Shown one piece after another: positions 6,359-15,300 of a DNA stretch of 16,420 nucleotides. Origin of the DNA: an uncultured bacterium (GTDB taxonomy: Bacteria > Hydrogenedentota > Hydrogenedentia > Hydrogenedentales > JAEUWI01); the NCBI GenBank assembly GCA_963977445.1, contig CAXBPH010000151.1, positions 1 through 16,420 of the forward strand, given 5' to 3'. The translations under genes were made by a program, and so were the position numbers. Within the stretch, counting starts at the first letter, position 1; every line of letters starts with the position of its first letter. The notes under the pieces were generated by a model. It searched no databases. It saw nothing but the letters and a program-made list of their open reading frames with translations, and was not told the origin of the DNA.

Positions 6359-7702
6359 TCACTTAGTGCCTTCGATGTAGTTCAACAGCTGGTTCACGTG
6401 GACGTTAAAATCTCGTACCAGCACCATGGGCACCTCGGGCGACACCCCTTGCTCTTTGTAATATTCAAGTTGTGAACTGCTCGGGTTGCGCGTCCAAAAC
6501 CCCTCGTCGGAGAGGCGGTCACAAATCCCGGTGATCACTTTCTCTGCGGGCGCATTGACTTGGTGTTTCACCTTCCTGGAGGCCTCGTCGCGATAGGCGT
6601 CACCACCCTGGGCCTGAATGGCGACATAGGCCTTCTTCGCTTCTGTGGGATACCAGTCCCCCTGCCAGCCGTAACCCTCGCAGGCGTTGGCGAAGTCGTA
6701 GACTTTTTCGGCCTTGTCCCGTCTTCCATAGACGGGGCGTTGGGTACCGGGTTCATAGAGCCGGGCGTACTTGCCGTTTTCCAGTTTGTGTGTGTCATAC
6801 CAGTCGAGTGCGCGGCCTAAAGAAGCCACGTAGCGCTGGTCGCCCGTTTCGACGTAGAGCGCGACCAGGGTGTTGCAGACGCCGACGGACTCGGCGGGCG
6901 TATATCCGGGGGGTTCAAAACGTCGCGCCCATGCGGGCTCGAGGGTTTCCGGGTCATATTGCTGTGCCCAAATGGCCTCCCCGTCGCCTCCCTGTAATTT
7001 CAGGATACATTCGGCACCCCGCATCATGGCCGCGTGGTACTTCGGGTCGCCCGTTTCCGTAGCGAGTTTCTTCAGGGAGCTCATGATATTGCTGAAATTA
7101 CCATCGTTAAAGGTGATGTAGCGCCCGTAGGTATCTGGCGGCGGAAAAGATTGTGGCCAGCCGCCCGAACTCGCCATCTGGGACACCACAATGAAATTCC
7201 CAATACGATCTACGGCAGCCCTGTCTTCCGCAGCATTGGTGTGGTGCCACATGTCGAGAAAAAATGCGAGGGCTTCGGTGGTGGTGCCGTCGTCAAAACT
7301 GCCACGTTTCGATGGGCCATCATCGGGTGGTCCCTCATGGGGCAGTCCCCCCTCGACGGACTGTAGTCGGGAAAGTGCCGTATGGGCGTTGCGTGCCACA
7401 TCAATCCAACGGGTCTCGTTCAATACCTTCCCGGCCCGCAGATAGGTACCGGCTATGGTCGGTGTGGCTGGTGGCTGCACGGTGATCCAATCGTCTGCAA
7501 TGGGCCGAAACTCCCCCCACACTGCTTTTTCGTCCAGACTCCATTCCATGGCCCAGCCCCCGTGGCGGTGCACGTCGGCCATGGCCTGCAGGGATTTTTC
7601 CAGTGTCTTGAGGGCCCGTTCCCGGAGTGTCTGGGCAGGGACGACGGCCGAGAAGACAACGGTGGCGATCATCAGAATGGAGTATGCATAATATCGGTAC
7701 AT
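6359..7702 (-). CDS. Secreted pectate lyase, polysaccharide lyase family 10 (PelA/Pel-15E type)
   Basis: Signal peptide and an AGGA RBS. PL10 motifs GSFDDGTT, GGWPQSFP, ITFNDG, IWAQQYDPETLEPAWARRFEPP (catalytic Arg) and ARLYEPGTQRPVY. Confidence 0.9.
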   Translation of the reverse strand: MYRYYAYSILMIATVVFSAVVPAQTLRERALKTLEKSLQAMADVHRHGGWAMEWSLDEKAVWGEFRPIADDWITVQPPATPTIAGTYLRAGKVLNETRWIDVARNAHTALSRLQSVEGGLPHEGPPDDGPSKRGSFDDGTTTEALAFFLDMWHHTNAAEDRAAVDRIGNFIVVSQMASSGGWPQSFPPPDTYGRYITFNDGNFSNIMSSLKKLATETGDPKYHAAMMRGAECILKLQGGDGEAIWAQQYDPETLEPAWARRFEPPGYTPAESVGVCNTLVALYVETGDQRYVASLGRALDWYDTHKLENGKYARLYEPGTQRPVYGRRDKAEKVYDFANACEGYGWQGDWYPTEAKKAYVAIQAQGGDAYRDEASRKVKHQVNAPAEKVITGICDRLSDEGFWTRNPSSSQLEYYKEQGVSPEVPMVLVRDFNVHVNQLLNYIEGTK

Positions 7703-7812
7703 CTATATTTCCTGGATGGGGTAAACGGGAGTCCATACAACCGATTTTTTGGTTCTTATCCACCCTACCACATGAATTGGAAGGCCCACAACGGCACGAC
7801 ACAGGAACGGCA

Positions 7813-8457
7813 ATGAAACTTCAATCGGTAAATATTTCTGGCCTGACCCAGGTCGTGCATCGTGGGGAACTGGTATCCACGGGCATCTTCAAGCAGCCCG
7901 TAACGCATTCCGTCACGGTGGAACGCCTCCAGATTACCGGCGACAAGCAGGCGGACCTCATTAATCATGGTGGAGAAGACAAGGCCGTTTACGGCTATCC
8001 CTGGGAGCACTATGCCTATTGGGCCGAGGAACTTGGACGAGACGATTTTACCGCAGGTCAGTTTGGCGAGAATCTCACGACGGAGGGCATTCTGGAAACG
8101 GAGCTTTCTATCGGTGACCGGCTGCGTGTGGGTTCGGTGTTATTGGAAGTGAGCCAACCCCGACAGCCCTGCTTCAAGCTCGGCATTAAAATGAAGATCC
8201 CCCGCTTCCCAAAGGACTTCATGAAAAGCGGCCGGGTGGGTTTCTATTTTCGCGTCCTCGAAACAGGTACGCTGACCGTGGGAGATCCCATCACGATAGA
8301 GCCGACGGCACAAGAGCGCATCTCCGTCCACGATGCGAACCACCTGCGCTTCTTCGACAACAAGAACCTGCCGGAGATCGAACGCATACTCTCCAACACG
8401 GCGTTTTCTGCGACGTGGCGCAGGGCCTTCGAAGACTTTCTGGCCAATCGGCGCTAA
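7813..8457 (+). CDS. yiiM: MOSC domain protein with C-terminal 3-alpha domain (YiiM-like)
   Basis: ATG at 7813 after AGGAA; the 7627 extension overlaps the PL10 gene. Motifs TGIFKQPV, GDKQADLINHGGEDKAV, FGENLTTEG, VSQPRQPCFKL (conserved Cys) and GFYFRVLETG. Confidence 0.92.
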   Translation: MKLQSVNISGLTQVVHRGELVSTGIFKQPVTHSVTVERLQITGDKQADLINHGGEDKAVYGYPWEHYAYWAEELGRDDFTAGQFGENLTTEGILETELSIGDRLRVGSVLLEVSQPRQPCFKLGIKMKIPRFPKDFMKSGRVGFYFRVLETGTLTVGDPITIEPTAQERISVHDANHLRFFDNKNLPEIERILSNTAFSATWRRAFEDFLANRR

Positions 8458-8462
8458 ATAAG

Positions 8463-8634
8463 CGAAGATTCATCTCGGGCGCGCCGAGATTACTTCGAAG
8501 ACGTACTAAATCGTGCCTTCGGCCCGTGGCAGGCGGGCCGCCTACGCTCCCATTTGTCAAAGGACGATATTTAGGCGACAGCGGCTAAGCTGTCGGTGCG
8601 TTGGACTTTTTTGCCGCAAAAGAACGCAAAAAAG
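8463..8634. repeat. Cluster of hairpins including a REP-like unit between convergent genes
   Basis: Stems at 8472-8490 (ATCTCGG/CCGAGAT), 8520-8540 (CGGCCCG/CGGGCCG), 8576-8595 (CGACAGC/GCTGTCG) and 8606-8634 (CTTTTTTGC/GCAAAAAAG). A REP-like GCAGGCG-GGC-CGCCTAC-GCTCCC is at 8529-8551. Confidence 0.6.
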
Positions 8635-8648
8635 CCTATCCCATTGGG

Positions 8649-9941
8649 TCATGACGGGATAAAAAGTCCGTGGGTAAAAAGGGCATCCAGAAGACCACCA
8701 TGGAGCACGTGGGAAGCCGCTGAGAAATCCTGATGGAGGGTATGTTCGATGGGCAGGGCGCAGGGTACCCCCACGCCGGCACCACGATGGGCGATAATCC
8801 CTACTTCCGTATCCTCGAAGCCAATCACCCGACCGGCGTCGGGTCCGTGGAGGCCGAGGCGATCCAGGGCCAGGGTGTAGGGATCGCGGAAGGGCTTGGT
8901 GCGACCATCGATGACATCGTCGCAGGTTACGATAGTGTCGAAATAGGACGAGGGCGCGGCAAAGCCTTCCAGAATGCGTTGCGTCGTTGGCCGATCCAGA
9001 GACCAGGCGTCGACCTCGGCACGCATGGAACGAAATACGGCCTCCAGGACGAGTCCGGTTTCGTGGGAACCGGAGGACGTCACCAGCGCAATCGGGACGG
9101 GCGCGGCGACAAAACACTTACACAGGGCACGCAAGGTTTCTGCTTCTTCCTCGGGCCGACTGTGTGCTTCGCACAACATGGCGGCATCGTCGGGAGAAAG
9201 CCACCCTTTGGCCAGCGCACATAACAGGGACACACCGGGCATGGGTGCCACGGCGGAGCGGGTCGCGTCGCCAAAGAGGGCTCGGGAAACGACAGCGCCT
9301 TCTCCGCTATTAATTTTTTCCAATGCATCGAGATAGTCTGCAAAAAAGACCATGAGGCCAAATTGCGAAAACACCGCTGAATCCAGTTGGGGAAAACGCT
9401 CTTCGCAGGTCGTCCGAAAATCGGCATCGGGTACCTGGTGGAAGGAACCATCAACCCACCAGTCACTGAGCCCATAACTCTTCATGAGGCTATCGATGCG
9501 GGTTTCCGTTTCCTCCGGCAATTCCTGGGCCCCTAAAAACCGCAACGATGAATCGACCGCGATAAAAAACGGGGCACGCTTCATATGCTGTCCCTGGAGC
9601 GTGTAGAGATACTCCAGGTTACGGACGGTGCTGAAACCCACGATCTTTGGCAAGTCGCGCGCTTTGTCGAGGCAGAACAAGGCCTCTTTCGTGCCCCCGT
9701 CCATGGCACGGCGAACGACCATCTCTACCCCGTGAAGGAAGAGGGGCTCCGTATCCGTCACGGTACCATCCATATCCAGAAAGATGGCCGAAGGTCCGCC
9801 CTGTAGCTGGGTATAGCGGGGCGCGAGGGGCACCAGCTCCTGTGGGGGAAAGATGCCGGGCGGATTGTCGAGCAGTGCGAATTCGTCCCCCATGGTCTGG
9901 GCAATTGCCAGGGCCTCGGCAGCGCTTCGAATCATACTCAT
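8649..9941 (-). CDS. HAD-superfamily hydrolase (beta-phosphoglucomutase/CbbY-like motifs) with greatly enlarged cap and insertions
   Basis: Motif I FLDMDGTVTDTE, PMPGV, motif II VTSS, motif III TKPFRDPY and motif IV GFEDTEVGIIA. Its start overlaps the upstream stop (ATGA, 9938-9941). Confidence 0.88.
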   Translation of the reverse strand: MSMIRSAAEALAIAQTMGDEFALLDNPPGIFPPQELVPLAPRYTQLQGGPSAIFLDMDGTVTDTEPLFLHGVEMVVRRAMDGGTKEALFCLDKARDLPKIVGFSTVRNLEYLYTLQGQHMKRAPFFIAVDSSLRFLGAQELPEETETRIDSLMKSYGLSDWWVDGSFHQVPDADFRTTCEERFPQLDSAVFSQFGLMVFFADYLDALEKINSGEGAVVSRALFGDATRSAVAPMPGVSLLCALAKGWLSPDDAAMLCEAHSRPEEEAETLRALCKCFVAAPVPIALVTSSGSHETGLVLEAVFRSMRAEVDAWSLDRPTTQRILEGFAAPSSYFDTIVTCDDVIDGRTKPFRDPYTLALDRLGLHGPDAGRVIGFEDTEVGIIAHRGAGVGVPCALPIEHTLHQDFSAASHVLHGGLLDALFTHGLFIPS

Positions 9942-11026
9942 GGGGCCGCCGATTCCGCTGGGGTCGCGGGCACGGGAAAGCGCCCAAAGGCTGACTCGAT
10001 GATGCTTCCAAAATACAACATGCCCTCGTGTTCCTGGACGCTCGTAATGGGTGCATAGGCCCCATCGGGATCCTGAAGGTTATGGAGGACCTTGCCGTCG
10101 CCATTGATACCCACGACAAAACTGTATTGCACGGGCTTGGGCCGCAGGAATCCGGGCAGGCGCATGACGACCTTTCTCAAGAAGGGTTTCGGGCCCAGTT
10201 TATCCATCAGGCCATTTCGCGGCGATGCCAGAGCAATCCAGAAGACCCCATTGGTGCCGGTGGAGATGCCATCGGGAAAACCGGGTAGATTGTCGATAGT
10301 CACTTCGTTCTGCCCTTTTTTCGGGCCAGCTATCCAGTATTTTCGCACCAGGTAAAAACCGGTCTCATTTACCAGCACAAATTGCTGTGCGGGGTCGATG
10401 GCAACGCCATTGGCAAACTGAAGATCATCCAGTAGCAATTCGGTCTCACCGCTTTCGGGGTGGTAGGCCAGCAAGCGCCCGTGGGCCCCATGTTCGATGA
10501 GGTCTTCCATGAATTGGGTCTGGCCGAATTTATGGGAGGCATCGGAAAAATAGATGGTGCCATCTGCAGCGATATCCACGTCGTTCGTGAAACCATAGGG
10601 AAGGCCCCCCTGCTCCGTCGACAACACCTTGAGTTGACCTTCCGGGTCAATGGAGAGCAAGCCCTTGAAGGAGTCCGCCACAATCAGGTTTCCCTCCTTG
10701 TCGAAATGAAGCCCCAACGGTCGCCCGTCGGTATTGGCGAACAACTCCGGGTCTTGCGCTGATGGACTCCAACGCATAATCCGCCCATCCTCGAATCCGG
10801 CATAGATTCTGCCCTGGGCGTCAATGGCGATGTCCTCTGGCTTGGGGCCGACGCCTTCCCCGAGACGTTCTACCGTGGCCAGGTCGTGATTCACTGCGTA
10901 GATGTCAGTCAGGGCCGGGGCCACGGGAGGCGTCCAGGCAATGGGTGCGACGGAGACTGGCCAGAAGAGTAAATAGGCCAGCAGCAGGAAGAAGAGAGCG
11001 CCCACGACGCGCAGCAGTTTTTTCAT
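9938..11026 (-). CDS. Strictosidine-synthase-like / SMP-30-gluconolactonase family six-bladed beta-propeller (APMAP-like) with N-terminal membrane anchor
   Basis: ATG at 11026 preceded by GAGGT (MKKLLRVVGALFFLLLAYLLFWPV). Motifs PEDIA, GRPLGL, FTNDVDI, IYFSDAS, GRLLAY, FANGVA and NLPGFPDGI. The E/N/N/D metal ligands are retained, consistent with the hydrolytic members of the family. Confidence 0.92.
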   Translation of the reverse strand: MKKLLRVVGALFFLLLAYLLFWPVSVAPIAWTPPVAPALTDIYAVNHDLATVERLGEGVGPKPEDIAIDAQGRIYAGFEDGRIMRWSPSAQDPELFANTDGRPLGLHFDKEGNLIVADSFKGLLSIDPEGQLKVLSTEQGGLPYGFTNDVDIAADGTIYFSDASHKFGQTQFMEDLIEHGAHGRLLAYHPESGETELLLDDLQFANGVAIDPAQQFVLVNETGFYLVRKYWIAGPKKGQNEVTIDNLPGFPDGISTGTNGVFWIALASPRNGLMDKLGPKPFLRKVVMRLPGFLRPKPVQYSFVVGINGDGKVLHNLQDPDGAYAPITSVQEHEGMLYFGSIIESAFGRFPVPATPAESAAP

Positions 11027-11095
11027 AGATACCTCGGGGGTTCGGGAAACACTGGAGTTTAAGAAGGCCGCGACGGGTGAAGCCATCGGGGCGCC

Positions 11096-11104
11096 ATCAT
11101 AACA
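11096..11104 (-). promoter_or_regulatory. Putative extended -10 promoter for the SSL-HAD operon
   Basis: TG-T-TATGAT on the - strand, about 70 nt upstream of ATG 11026, with a weak -35 (GTGAAT) at 17 nt. Confidence 0.5.
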
Positions 11105-11224
11105 AGACACCGGAGGTAATTCACAGACCCGCCCCATCGTCGAGAGGGATGTTAAGGGGGAGGAATCTTGCAGAAATGGATTCCACGCTTCCACATGGGC
11201 CCCGTATTTTGGGGTCGCGTAAGA

Positions 11225-11253
11225 TTGCGCCCCGATAGCCAACTTGATATACT
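11225..11253 (+). promoter_or_regulatory. Putative sigma70 promoter for the pfkB-family gene
   Basis: TTGCGC-N17-TATACT with an extended -10 TG at 11245-11246, 46 nt upstream of ATG 11300. Confidence 0.65.
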
Positions 11254-11299
11254 CCAAGGGCTGCGAATTCATTACCTTTTTAACCCAAGGGCGACGTGT

Positions 11300-12247
11300 A
11301 TGTCTAGTGATCTTGTTACTATAGGTTGTGTGTGTGCCGATGTGAAAGCACAACCTGTAGATGAACTCCCGAAACGGGGTACCTTGGGCCTTGTGCCCTC
11401 TATCGATATGACTATGGGTGGCCTTGCGGGCGTGACTGCGGCCGTGTTCAGCCGCCTCGGTGGACAGGCTGCTTTTGCCGGCTGCCTGGGCAACGATGCC
11501 TTTGGCGACTTCCTCATCCGGGCCTTTCAGGATGCCAACGTAAACACCGACGGCATTCGTCGTGTGGATGGCTGCAACTCGGCGGCGACGGTGGTATTAA
11601 TTGGCAGTGACGGCGAGCGAACCTTCATTCACAACGTCGGTACGGTGGGCATTCTTTCGGAAAACGATATCGATTTTGATCTGGTTGGTCGGGCGAAGGT
11701 GTTTCACTGGGGCGGTCCAGGGCTTACCCCAAAATTGCATGGGGCACCCATTGGTCGGGTCTTCGAACGGGTACAGGCGCTCGGCGTCAAGACGTCTATC
11801 GACACCTGTTTCGACGGATCCAACACGTGGCTTCCCCTCATGGAAGCGGCCCTCCCCCACACCAATATTATCTGCACCAGCATGAGTGAAGCGCCCCACT
11901 ATACGGGCAAGACGGAACCCGACGACATCGTGCAATTTTTTCTCGATTATGGTGTGGAGTCCATCTTGCTGAAAATGGGTAGCGATGGGCTCATGGTCTG
12001 CAATGCCGAAAGCAAACATGTGTTCGCTTCCCACGACGTCAGCGTCGTCGATGGAACGGGTGCGGGCGATGCTGCCTGTGCAGGTTTTATTCATGGAATC
12101 ATCGAAGGATGGGATCTGGAGCGCTGTGGTGCGCTGGCGAATGCGGTCGGCGCGTTGACCGTCCAGACGCTGGGCAGTGCGGGCAACAATATCTCTCTCG
12201 AAGCCGCGCTGGCGCTGGCGGAGAAACAGCCCTGTCACCAGTCCTGA
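11300..12247 (+). CDS. PfkB/ribokinase-family carbohydrate kinase
   Basis: ATG at 11300 (MSSDLVTIGCVCADV) after AAGGG. Motifs GG..TAAVFSRLG..AGCLGNDAFG, DGERTF, LKMGSDG and VVDGTGAGDAACAGFI (catalytic Asp and anion hole). Confidence 0.93.
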   Translation: MSSDLVTIGCVCADVKAQPVDELPKRGTLGLVPSIDMTMGGLAGVTAAVFSRLGGQAAFAGCLGNDAFGDFLIRAFQDANVNTDGIRRVDGCNSAATVVLIGSDGERTFIHNVGTVGILSENDIDFDLVGRAKVFHWGGPGLTPKLHGAPIGRVFERVQALGVKTSIDTCFDGSNTWLPLMEAALPHTNIICTSMSEAPHYTGKTEPDDIVQFFLDYGVESILLKMGSDGLMVCNAESKHVFASHDVSVVDGTGAGDAACAGFIHGIIEGWDLERCGALANAVGALTVQTLGSAGNNISLEAALALAEKQPCHQS

Positions 12248-12369
12248 GTTATTTTGAGATACAATAAGATGTATTAGCTCGCGGTGGCCTGAACAATTCG
12301 ACCACATGGCGTATTTATAAATTAAACGGAGTTGGGCCCTGTCCACTCCCAGGATATTCAGCTCGGAAA

Positions 12370-15300
12370 GTGATCTACGTGACTTTTCAATCGAAGCACC
12401 TTAGCCCTATCGCCGCAGTAGTCATCACGATGATGATTACGACGACAGCATTGGCACAGTCGTTCACCCAGACCCAGGAAATTCGGGGGCAATTCCGGGA
12501 TGGTGTCATCGACTTGGGCCGTGGGCAGTTAATTGTTGCCGTGTATGAACGGGACAGTCTCTGGCGGGTCGACCCGGCAACGGGCGACGTCGCCACGCGG
12601 ATCAAGGTCGGCAAAGGTCCAGTCGCCCTCGCATCCGACGGAACCTTCATCGCCTGTGCCAACTATCTGGATGACTCGGTAAGCCTTATTCGCCTCAGCG
12701 ATTTAAGTGTCGTTTCAACCGTTGCGGTCGGTGACAGTCCCAGTGCGATTGCCGCCCTGGGCGATGGCCGATTCATTGTGGTCAACACCTTTTCCGACTC
12801 CCTCTCTGTCATCGACACGCGGGGCACCGTTTCCGTATCCAGCATGGAGGGTGCACCGGCTGTCCCCGTGGCCATCGCGGTCACCCGTGACCAGGTGGCC
12901 GTAGCGAGTCGTGCCGACCGGAAAATCTATTGTTATGACCGGGCTTCGCTAAGCCCTTCGAAACAGATTGCCCTTTCCGGGGCCACGACGGATCTGGCCG
13001 CTCTGGCGGGAGACGTGGTCATTGCACTGGGGCCCTCGGGGCTTCAACGCATCGACTTAAGCACCGGCAACGTGGGAAAGAACATTTCTCTTAAGGCACG
13101 CAGTATTGATGCGGATGGTGGGCTTCTTCATGTAGCCACCGACGATAGCTATTTGACCTACGATGAGAACCTCGTTCCCGTGGCGACTCACCCCCTTGCG
13201 GAAGGTGCCTCGGTCATCGTCGTACGGGATGGCGTGGTTGCCCTCCTCGACCCCAAGTCGCAAATCATGCAGACCCACAATCTGGCCGCTCTGCAACCGG
13301 CGGCCGCCACCGCACCTGCTCCGGCAGCAGAACCCGCTCCGGATAACCGTGGCGACATGGTCATTGTTGAGGCCAAGCCGGTCGTGGAAACTGCGGCACC
13401 CATGCCCGATTCCACACCGACCGAAGCGACCCCCGAGGCCGTAGCGCCGACTCCTGCGGTGGAAGAAGCAACGGCGGCACCGGAGATGGTCGCGACAACT
13501 ACCGCCGGACCTACAGGCAATGACTCGGCGAGCGTACGGCGCAACCCTTTCCTTTCGAGCGGCGTACGTGCGCCCTCACCGGGTCGTCCGTCCGTCTCTC
13601 CCCTGGAACAGCTTTCCCAAAAGACCATAACGGACGCCGTCATCCGGCCAACCGAGTTTGGTTCGAGCTCGGGCGGCTTCCAGGCCCCTGATTTGACGAA
13701 GCCCCTGGAAAACATCAAGTTTTCATCGGCCAAGCGCGCTTCTTCTGAAGCGCCGACGAGCTACAAGGATTTTCGGGCGGAGCTTGGGGACATGAAGTTG
13801 CAGTCGGACAACTTCACCCACAAACAGGAGCCCGTCGAAATTGAGGCCGAGGGCAATGTGCTGATTACCCAGCAATCCTCGACTATTTCCGCCGATCTTA
13901 TTCATTACATACTGGACCCTGTCCCTGCTGCGGACGTGAAGAAGAACGAAACGATCCTGGAAGGCGAGATGACTGAAAAGGGTGCCCCCCTCGACCAAGG
14001 GCGACTCATCCTGGATAATGCCCACATCGTCGAACCGACCCGTGAGATGACCGCCGAACACGTGGAATACGATTTCCGAACCGGCGCGGGCGAACTTACC
14101 AAAGCCAAAGGGCAGGCCGGCATTTACTACTTTTCCGCGGAAAAACTTCACCTCCATGGTCCGCAAACCCTCAGTGGCGATGATGTGTGGGTCACCACGT
14201 GTGATCGCCCCAATCCTCACTATCGCATTCGCCTGAGTGATGTGGAACTTGTTGACGGCGAGCCCACAGGCGGGTCCAATGCCCGCCTCCAGTTGGGCAA
14301 GGCCAACACCCCACTCTATCTGCCCCGATGGCACCGTGGCGGCGTGGGTGGCTCACCGTGGAATATAGATTTCGACAGCGGTCGACAGGCGAAAACGGGC
14401 TACTACGTCAATTTGGGCCAGCAGTATGAGATCAATCCCGATGTTTCTCTTGGACCCCGGATTTTCGCGACGGAGAAGGAAGGGGTGGGCCTTGGCGCGG
14501 ACTTGTACTACGATTTCATGGAAAATCCCGCATCACATTTGTACCGAACCAAAGGCGAAGCCCACGGGCTCTTCACCACCAAAGAACGGGGCTACGTTCA
14601 TTGGTATCACCGCTATGAATACAGCAACGATCTGGTCGTACGTGCACAGGTCGAACACTGGAGTGACCAGGACTTCTACAAAGACTTCTACTACGACACC
14701 TTCCGAAACCGGTCTCGTCCCCGCAGCTTCGTCAATCTAACCTACCGCCAACCAAACTATATTGCCACCGGCACGGTGCGCACCCAGACCCACGGTTGGT
14801 TCAGCGAAACGGAGCAGGCCCCGGAATTCACGTTCCATCAACTCGAGCGCAAAATCGCCAACGACCTCTACTTCACGTTTGATACGGTCAATGGCTATTA
14901 CAATCGTGAACCCTATGGTATCGATGCGGCCCGGTCGGTTAACGTGGCCCGCCTGACGTACAACTGGGATCCCCTGCCCGCCCTGGCCATTACGCCATTC
15001 CTGCAGCTGGACACCAGCTTCTACACCCGTGATCGCCGTGACAACAACCCGTATGCCCGTTTTGGGTCGACTGCAGGCGTCACCGCCCAATCCCGGTTTA
15101 GCCGCACCTACAATGGACGCTGGGGGTTTTCTGCCTTCAAGCACATCGTTGTCCCTTCCGTCACCTATTCCTACCGGCCCCGGACCAACGTGAAAGCGCC
15201 TGAGATCCCCCAGTTCGATCCTCTTGACAGTGATTTTGGTCGCAGCCGCATAGAGCTTAAACTGAGCAATGTCTTTTATGGTCGGGACGCCGAATCGGGC

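Noticed and set aside
7627..7812. N-terminal extension of the MOSC ORF
   Set aside because: It overlaps the start of the divergent PL10 gene. The family-like sequence begins at ATG 7813, which has an RBS.
9938..11026. True strictosidine synthase (Pictet-Spenglerase) or alkaloid pathway
   Set aside because: It retains the metal-ligand residues typical of hydrolytic family members, and there is no biosynthetic cluster context.
11027..11353. Apparent head-to-head overlap of ORFs 9938..11353 (-) and 11168..12247 (+)
   Set aside because: This is an artefact of longest-ORF calling. RBS-supported starts at 11026 and 11300 leave a normal divergent promoter region.
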